A stretch of DNA of 64,000 nucleotides from Calditrichales bacterium (GTDB lineage: Bacteria > Calditrichota > Calditrichia > Calditrichales > J004), in assembly GCA_965267575.1 (NCBI GenBank), contig OZ254086.1:192001-256000 (forward strand), in the 5' to 3' direction. Positions 59,048 to 64,000 of this stretch are shown piece by piece. The translations under genes and the position numbers were made by a program. The notes beneath the pieces were generated by a model. The model searched no databases. It was not told where the DNA came from and was given only the letters and a program-made list of their open reading frames with translations. Position 1 is the first letter of the stretch, and each line of letters starts with the position of its first letter.

Positions 59048-59233
59048 TTAAAGATTCCCTTTTACATTCTTATAGTTGATGACCGCCGCGGAGATACGCG
59101 CCGTGTAGCTGCTGTCTTCTTCATTGAAGTAGATGTTGGCGTAGTTGCTGCGCTTTACCGGTTCTTCCTGGCCAAACAGTGGTAGGGAGAGAATGAAGGT
59201 GGAAAGGAGAAGGGTGGTGAATTTTGTTTGCAT
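59048..59233 (-). pseudogene. Cassette F 5' fragment (signal peptide + start of mature domain)
   Basis: MQTKFTTLLLSTFILSLPLFG-QEEPVKRSNYANIYFNEEDSSYTARISAAVINYKNVKGNL*; host-like GC. Confidence 0.55.
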
Positions 59234-59338
59234 GTGCTTTATGCTTAGGCTATAAAAACCATATAAAAAATATGCTTAAGATTACAGCTGAGATTTTCTT
59301 AACTACAGTCTTATTACTAACTGTTGATACCAAACCAA

Positions 59339-59740
59339 TTAATCGAAGACATACAGATCTATGTCTATTGACGAATCTAATTCATAAATATTTTTAATTG
59401 TTGCTTTTTTCAAATTAATAGCCGGCGTTTCATTACCATGCAAATTAACAACACATGATATTTCAGATTCGATCTGATATTTTTCGCAAATTTCCACAAT
59501 CTTTTTTTTAGCAGGCAAAATGATATTAATTAGTTTTTCTATTTCATAATTTAGATCTATCGATTCTGTCTCTTTTGAAGAGAGACACCACCCGTCTTGT
59601 TTTCTTTTTAGGGAAGAGTTCTGAATTTTCTCTCCCATTCTCCAAGTTTTTGTAGGAATTATTCCAATAAACTTAGTTATTTTATCAGGCTTTACACCAA
59701 TACCTGTCAATATAAATGAAACCTTTATTGTAGTTTGCAT
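59339..59740 (-). CDS. DUF4279-family immunity protein
   Basis: F.LTG..V.PD.IT...GI.PT.TW..GE...W...IDIDLY; directly after the Ntox33-like toxin. Confidence 0.8.
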   Translation of the reverse strand: MQTTIKVSFILTGIGVKPDKITKFIGIIPTKTWRMGEKIQNSSLKRKQDGWCLSSKETESIDLNYEIEKLINIILPAKKKIVEICEKYQIESEISCVVNLHGNETPAINLKKATIKNIYELDSSIDIDLYVFD

Positions 59741-59751
59741 CTTCGTTCCTA

Positions 59752-60873
59752 TTAAAAATTATTAATGTTTAGTCCAGTGGGTTCCCCCGGTCCAGTGGCA
59801 CTTTTTGGTTTTATTTTGATATTTCCTTTCGGGTCTTTGTACAAATCATATTTACTGGCACTTTTTCCGCCTTTAAGATCATGCACATCGACACCCCCAT
59901 CTTTGAGTTTCTTTATCTCCCCTTTTGATAGTTTCTTGTCTTGTGCAGAATCACTGTCTTCCTCTTCTTTATCATTTTCGTTTTCATTATTTGAATCCGA
60001 GTCTTTAACTTTCTTATATAAATGGTACCCCAAAATTCCGCCAAGTATTAGATCGCCTAGCGGAAGTGGCCCATCAATAGCTGCTGCACTTATGCCTACT
60101 GCGACAGCAGCGGCTTCCGCTGCTTCTTCTGGTTCATCCCCTTTATTTTCATCTTCATCTGAGTTTTTATCTTGTGTATCCGTGCTATCCATTCCTGTTG
60201 GGTCAATAAACCTAAGTGGGTTATTACCAACATAATTATAAGGAGTCAAGCTTAAGTAAGAGTCTGAATGCGGATCTGAGGTTGTAAACCGCCCCAAAGC
60301 CGGATCATAATATCTTCCAGGATTAAACCAATACAACCCCAGCCCATTCTCATCATCCAGTTCCTTGCCGGAAAATTTGTAGATATCATTCCCGGCACCG
60401 GATGTGTGGCTGCGGCCGGGCATCCGTAAGCCAAAGGGATAGTAATCATCCTTACTGACGATTTCGCCCTGTTCGTCCACCGTAACCCGGATATTGCCCA
60501 GGTGGTCTTTCACATAAAAATGGTATTCCGGCTTACGCTTGATGGCGATCTGGTAGCTGTAATAATCTATCGCGCCTTCGTTGTCTTTTACTTTTAGCTT
60601 GATGCTGATGACGCGGTGGGTTTCCGTTTTGTCCAGGATGTAAGTTTGGGAAAAGCCGGAGCCCGTGCCCGCCTGCTGGTCATCTATGTACCAGGTGTAT
60701 TGCGTAATACTGCCGCCATCAGGATCGTAGCTGTCCAGCCCGGAGTAGTCGATGCGCTCTCCGGCGTAAACATACTGATCTATTGGGCTGATGATGGAGA
60801 CGGGATTCTTAAAGCCGCCAATTGCCGTTGTACAAAAAATTAAAAGCAGGGAACATACGATTGTGGTTTTCAT
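59752..60873 (-). CDS. Cassette B: signal-PKD-RHS core-Ntox33-like toxin
   Basis: Conserved N-terminal block, DPTG, hydrophobic DGPLPLGD linker, tip DKKLSKGEIKKLK...HDLKGG...YDLYKD..GNI.IKPK...GPGEPTG.NIN. Confidence 0.85.
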   Translation of the reverse strand: MKTTIVCSLLLIFCTTAIGGFKNPVSIISPIDQYVYAGERIDYSGLDSYDPDGGSITQYTWYIDDQQAGTGSGFSQTYILDKTETHRVISIKLKVKDNEGAIDYYSYQIAIKRKPEYHFYVKDHLGNIRVTVDEQGEIVSKDDYYPFGLRMPGRSHTSGAGNDIYKFSGKELDDENGLGLYWFNPGRYYDPALGRFTTSDPHSDSYLSLTPYNYVGNNPLRFIDPTGMDSTDTQDKNSDEDENKGDEPEEAAEAAAVAVGISAAAIDGPLPLGDLILGGILGYHLYKKVKDSDSNNENENDKEEEDSDSAQDKKLSKGEIKKLKDGGVDVHDLKGGKSASKYDLYKDPKGNIKIKPKSATGPGEPTGLNINNF

Positions 60874-60883
60874 AGGCACATTT

Positions 60884-61810
60884 CTAAAGCGGCAAATTAT
60901 TCACAACAAAAAACATACCGTTACATCCCCAGATAATTAACTCACCGGATTTGGCCAAAAAGGCAGAATAACAACTATTTAAGGTTGCTAGTTCAGGTAA
61001 ATGTTTATTTAAATTTATTTTATAACTTCCGTCTTTATGTACAATAAAATCGCTAAATTCTTCATCTTCGGTTATTATAAATATGGAGTCATTTAAGCTC
61101 ACAAAAGCGCCATCAAGTGCCAGAAAATCAAAAATCGTATATGTTGTATCCTGATTAATATTAAATTCTAAAACTTTACCCACATAATCGTAAGCACCGC
61201 GGCTGGCGTTATACGTGTCAAATAGATATACTATACTATCTCTGGCGTTTTTAAACTGTCCTATTAAACTTCCTTCGGCATTTAGAGAATCATCACTGGC
61301 AACATAGGTATTGTATTTCTCGGTAGTATAAAATAATCTTTTATTTGCTGTATAATAGATATCTCGAACATCCTTGGCTAAAAAACGAAAAACTTCTTCA
61401 TGATCATCAAATGTGATAGCAATTATGCTGTCACGAGTATTTAAAAATATTTTATTGTCCTCAATGCTAACATATTGAATATTCCATCCTTTAGGGAATA
61501 GGGCTATTTTCTGCAAGGATCTTAGTTTAAAATTAAAATGAAACAATTCGTTTGTTTTATCCCCAAACAACCCAGCTAAATATAATGAGGAGGTATCGAT
61601 TCCCACGATTGATAGTATTTTTATATTAAAATCACCATACAAATATGAAATGGATGAATCTAAAAGAGATTCTTTTTTATATAGTGTATCCGGGACAACT
61701 GTAATTGTTGAATCTAATTTGTAATTGGGATTATCTTTAGCGCTTGGTTTCGCGTTTTTGTTTCCGCAGCTTAAGATAATTAAAATAAAAATTAATATTG
61801 TCGATTTCAC
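60884..61810 (-). CDS. Lipoprotein, immunity position for cassette A
   Basis: GTG start, lipobox IILSC, AT-rich, beta-rich. Confidence 0.7.
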   Translation of the reverse strand: MKSTILIFILIILSCGNKNAKPSAKDNPNYKLDSTITVVPDTLYKKESLLDSSISYLYGDFNIKILSIVGIDTSSLYLAGLFGDKTNELFHFNFKLRSLQKIALFPKGWNIQYVSIEDNKIFLNTRDSIIAITFDDHEEVFRFLAKDVRDIYYTANKRLFYTTEKYNTYVASDDSLNAEGSLIGQFKNARDSIVYLFDTYNASRGAYDYVGKVLEFNINQDTTYTIFDFLALDGAFVSLNDSIFIITEDEEFSDFIVHKDGSYKINLNKHLPELATLNSCYSAFLAKSGELIIWGCNGMFFVVNNLPL

Positions 61811-61842
61811 AAGAAGCTCCCATCATAAAGTCTATACTCTTT

Positions 61843-63150
61843 TTAATTGGAATCAAGCCGAAATGCACGCCCACTATTTAAGCCTCTTAGCCACGATTCA
61901 TAAATTGCCCGGCCAATTGGACTATCTGTATTTCTTTTTCTGCTGTCATACGACCTTTTATCTTTGGCCAAAATAAAAGCCTTGGGTTGATTATCACGAT
62001 CAAAGGCCCAATTTGCTCCTATCTTACCATTGTTTTTTCCAATATTATACACAATTGGAACCATTTTGCCCCACTCTGTACTTGGTATCATATCTTCAGG
62101 AGCTACAATAGCCACATGTCCCGAACCATTTTCGTTAAAAGATGCCAATATTGTTGTTATCCCTTCCTTCGCGTAATTAGCCGCCTGTTCATAGCTAATT
62201 TCTATTGCATTTGGCTCGTCTAGCGGAACAGACATTAAAAAACTATACATGTCATTTGCGCGCATACCATCTAGTGAATGGTCTTGTCCTTCATTTAAGA
62301 TATCCCTTACTCCAAAATTACAAAACGTAGTAAGATTTATATTTATCATTTCGAAGCCATCGTCAAGCGTAGTAACAGAACCGCTAAACCAATACCTGGG
62401 CTGAAGATTGCTGTCATTTACTATCTTCATTCCTGCCTCATTCAGTTTTGCGGCTGTGCCAAAATCAGCTTTCCCATCGGGATCAACTCTATTTATAGCA
62501 TTGTTATGAGTGTATTGAAAAGGACTGTCACTTAAAAATTTATCCGCCAACGGATCAACCGCTACCCATCTGCCAATCATGGGGTCATAATACCGTGCCC
62601 CAAAATAATAAAGTCCCAGCCCATTCTCATCATCCAGTTCCTTGCCGGAGAATTTGTAGATATTATTGCCGGCACCGGATGTGTGGCTGCGGCCGGGCAT
62701 CCGTAAGCCAAAGGGATAGTAATCATCCTTGCTTACGATTTCGCCCTGTTCGTCCACCGTAACCCGGATATTGCCCAGGTGGTCCTTCACATAAAAATGG
62801 TATTCCGGTTTACGCTTGATGGCGATCTGGTAGCTGTAATAGTCTATGGCGCCTTCGTTGTCTTTTACTTTTAGCTTGATGCTGATGACACGGTGGGTTT
62901 CCGTTTTGTCCAGCATGTAGGTTTGGGAAAAGCCGGAGCCCGTGCCGACCTGCTGGTCATCTATGTACCAGGTGTATTGGGTAATACTGCCGCCATCCGG
63001 ATCGTAGCTGTCCAGCCCTGAGTAGTCGATGCGCTCCCCGGCGTAAACGTACTGATCTATCGGGCTGATGATGGAGACGGGATTCTTAAAACCGCCAAAC
63101 GCCGTTGAGCAAAAAATTAAAAGCAGAGAACATACGATTGCGGTTTTCAT
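61843..63150 (-). CDS. Cassette A: signal-PKD-RHS core-Cys/His amidase-like toxin
   Basis: PKD-like DSYDPDGGSITQYTW...LKVKDNEGA; DHLGN, YYPFG, ARYYDP, DPDG; tip TFCN...RANDM...GHVAIV. Confidence 0.85.
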   Translation of the reverse strand: MKTAIVCSLLLIFCSTAFGGFKNPVSIISPIDQYVYAGERIDYSGLDSYDPDGGSITQYTWYIDDQQVGTGSGFSQTYMLDKTETHRVISIKLKVKDNEGAIDYYSYQIAIKRKPEYHFYVKDHLGNIRVTVDEQGEIVSKDDYYPFGLRMPGRSHTSGAGNNIYKFSGKELDDENGLGLYYFGARYYDPMIGRWVAVDPLADKFLSDSPFQYTHNNAINRVDPDGKADFGTAAKLNEAGMKIVNDSNLQPRYWFSGSVTTLDDGFEMININLTTFCNFGVRDILNEGQDHSLDGMRANDMYSFLMSVPLDEPNAIEISYEQAANYAKEGITTILASFNENGSGHVAIVAPEDMIPSTEWGKMVPIVYNIGKNNGKIGANWAFDRDNQPKAFILAKDKRSYDSRKRNTDSPIGRAIYESWLRGLNSGRAFRLDSN

Positions 63151-63290
63151 TGTTCTTCCTCCGCGGCTTCGCGTTTCTCCAGCCAGGCCAGTTCGTCTTC
63201 GCAGATAGCGGCTTCTTCACTCTCCGGCCAGCCGCTCTTTATTTCCGTAAATAGCGTACGTGCTTCTTCCCACTGTCCGTCGCATTGTCG
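63147..63290 (-). pseudogene. 3' remnant of a TPR-like gene coupled to cassette A
   Basis: Start-less, GC-rich frame DGQWEEARTLFTEIKSGWPESEEAAICEDELAWLEKREAAEEEQ*, with ATGA overlap on the cassette A start. Confidence 0.6.
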
Positions 63291-63346
63291 CTACTACTTT
63301 TGGGACATGACCCTTAATAAAATACGACAAACTACAAAACTTGTAG

Positions 63347-64000
63347 TTACTCTAAGAGCCTAAATAGTAATTGTTCTTCTATATCAAATTGGTTGTTCTC
63401 ATATTTGTACAATAAAACATAATAGCTTATAACATTGCCCTTTTGTGTTTTAAAAAATTGTTCATAGTAATAGTTGCCATCTTCCATAACAATTTGATTA
63501 TTTGGCTCTATCTTATATTCATTAATGAGATAATTAAACTCGTCTTTATTTTCGGCGGCAAAAATAGTAGCTTCACTGCCTATAAAAATCTCACTCATTA
63601 TATTTATTATTTTATTAAAACTTGCCTTAGTAACATCTTCTAAAAAAAACCTATTTACGAAATCAATAATATTATTTTTATTTAGGTCATAGGTCTCATA
63701 ATCATATTCCCGAATGTGTATGGCAAAAATAACCTCGCTATCTATAAATATACTCTGAATGTCGTGTTCAGCTTTATAAAATCTAACATCATCAACTTTT
63801 TCGAGTAAAGTTAAAAGTATAGCGGTATCTGAAAGGCTTGTAACCTTATTAATTAGTGTAAACATCTCATTAACGTCTTTTTTGTTAACCTGTTCGTGAT
63901 GTTTCACGATTGAACGAACAAAATAAAACCTAGAAAAATCTTTAACTTCTTCTACGCTTAGTACGGTTTGTCCCTTACAAAAAAGCACTGTACTGAATAC
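63347..64000 (-). CDS. AT-rich hypothetical protein, probable immunity gene of an upstream cassette (5' end outside window)
   Basis: Frame is open to the window edge (VFSTVLFCKGQ..., possible end of a signal peptide); composition matches the other immunity-position genes. Confidence 0.6.
   Translation of the reverse strand, partial: VFSTVLFCKGQTVLSVEEVKDFSRFYFVRSIVKHHEQVNKKDVNEMFTLINKVTSLSDTAILLTLLEKVDDVRFYKAEHDIQSIFIDSEVIFAIHIREYDYETYDLNKNNIIDFVNRFFLEDVTKASFNKIINIMSEIFIGSEATIFAAENKDEFNYLINEYKIEPNNQIVMEDGNYYYEQFFKTQKGNVISYYVLLYKYENNQFDIEEQLLFRLLE

Larger units (their letters stand above)
53932..63150 (-). repeat. Dispersed gene-scale direct repeat (signal-PKD-RHS core block, ~0.55 kb)
   Basis: Near-identical copies at ~62585-63150, ~60338-60873 and ~56933-57498; partial copies at ~55510-55795 and 53932-54072; divergent core at ~58350-58580. 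Confidence 0.92.

Noticed and set aside
53929-63150. Repeated block as CRISPR array or diversity-generating retroelement TR/VR
   Set aside because: The repeats are ~0.55-kb coding segments, not 25-45-bp repeats with spacers. Differences are not adenine-specific, and no cas or reverse transcriptase gene is in the window.
53862-64000. Integron or prophage origin of the array
   Set aside because: No integrase, convincing attC sites or phage genes were seen; junctions map within the RHS core.

Overview
Bacterial chromosomal window of moderate GC. The secreted proteins ending in an LPVxLSSF...YPNPFNP tail, together with bshA/bshC, suggest an FCB-group or Calditrichota-like organism; this is inference only. 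Bases 1-53.9 kb are mostly housekeeping and envelope genes: uvrA (partial), two S8 peptidases, a sigma-54 response regulator, a lytic transglycosylase, a DUF4388 signalling trio, trmH/rlmD, secG-tRNA-Leu, gap-pgk-tpiA, a purine deaminase cluster, bshC with an adjacent methyltransferase, a spt/ceramide-synthase-like pair, proS, tRNA-Arg, a BamA/TamA-family gene, mtgA, a diguanylate cyclase-bshA-GDPD operon and clpS. Bases 53.9-64 kb are a compositionally mosaic, minus-strand polymorphic toxin/immunity array that runs off the window end. Its repeated unit is unusual: a self-standing ~370-435 aa gene with Sec signal peptide + PKD/Ig-like domain + bare RHS-associated core (no YD-repeat shell) + DPxG motif + a different toxin tip each time (Cys-His amidase-like, Ntox33-like, metzincin, partial NlpC/P60-like), followed by an AT-rich immunity-position gene. 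The array also holds a broken second family with a DNRLRE-like N-terminus, a structured non-coding element with 34-bp inverted repeats, and a TPR gene remnant. All family assignments come from motif recognition by eye, not database searches.
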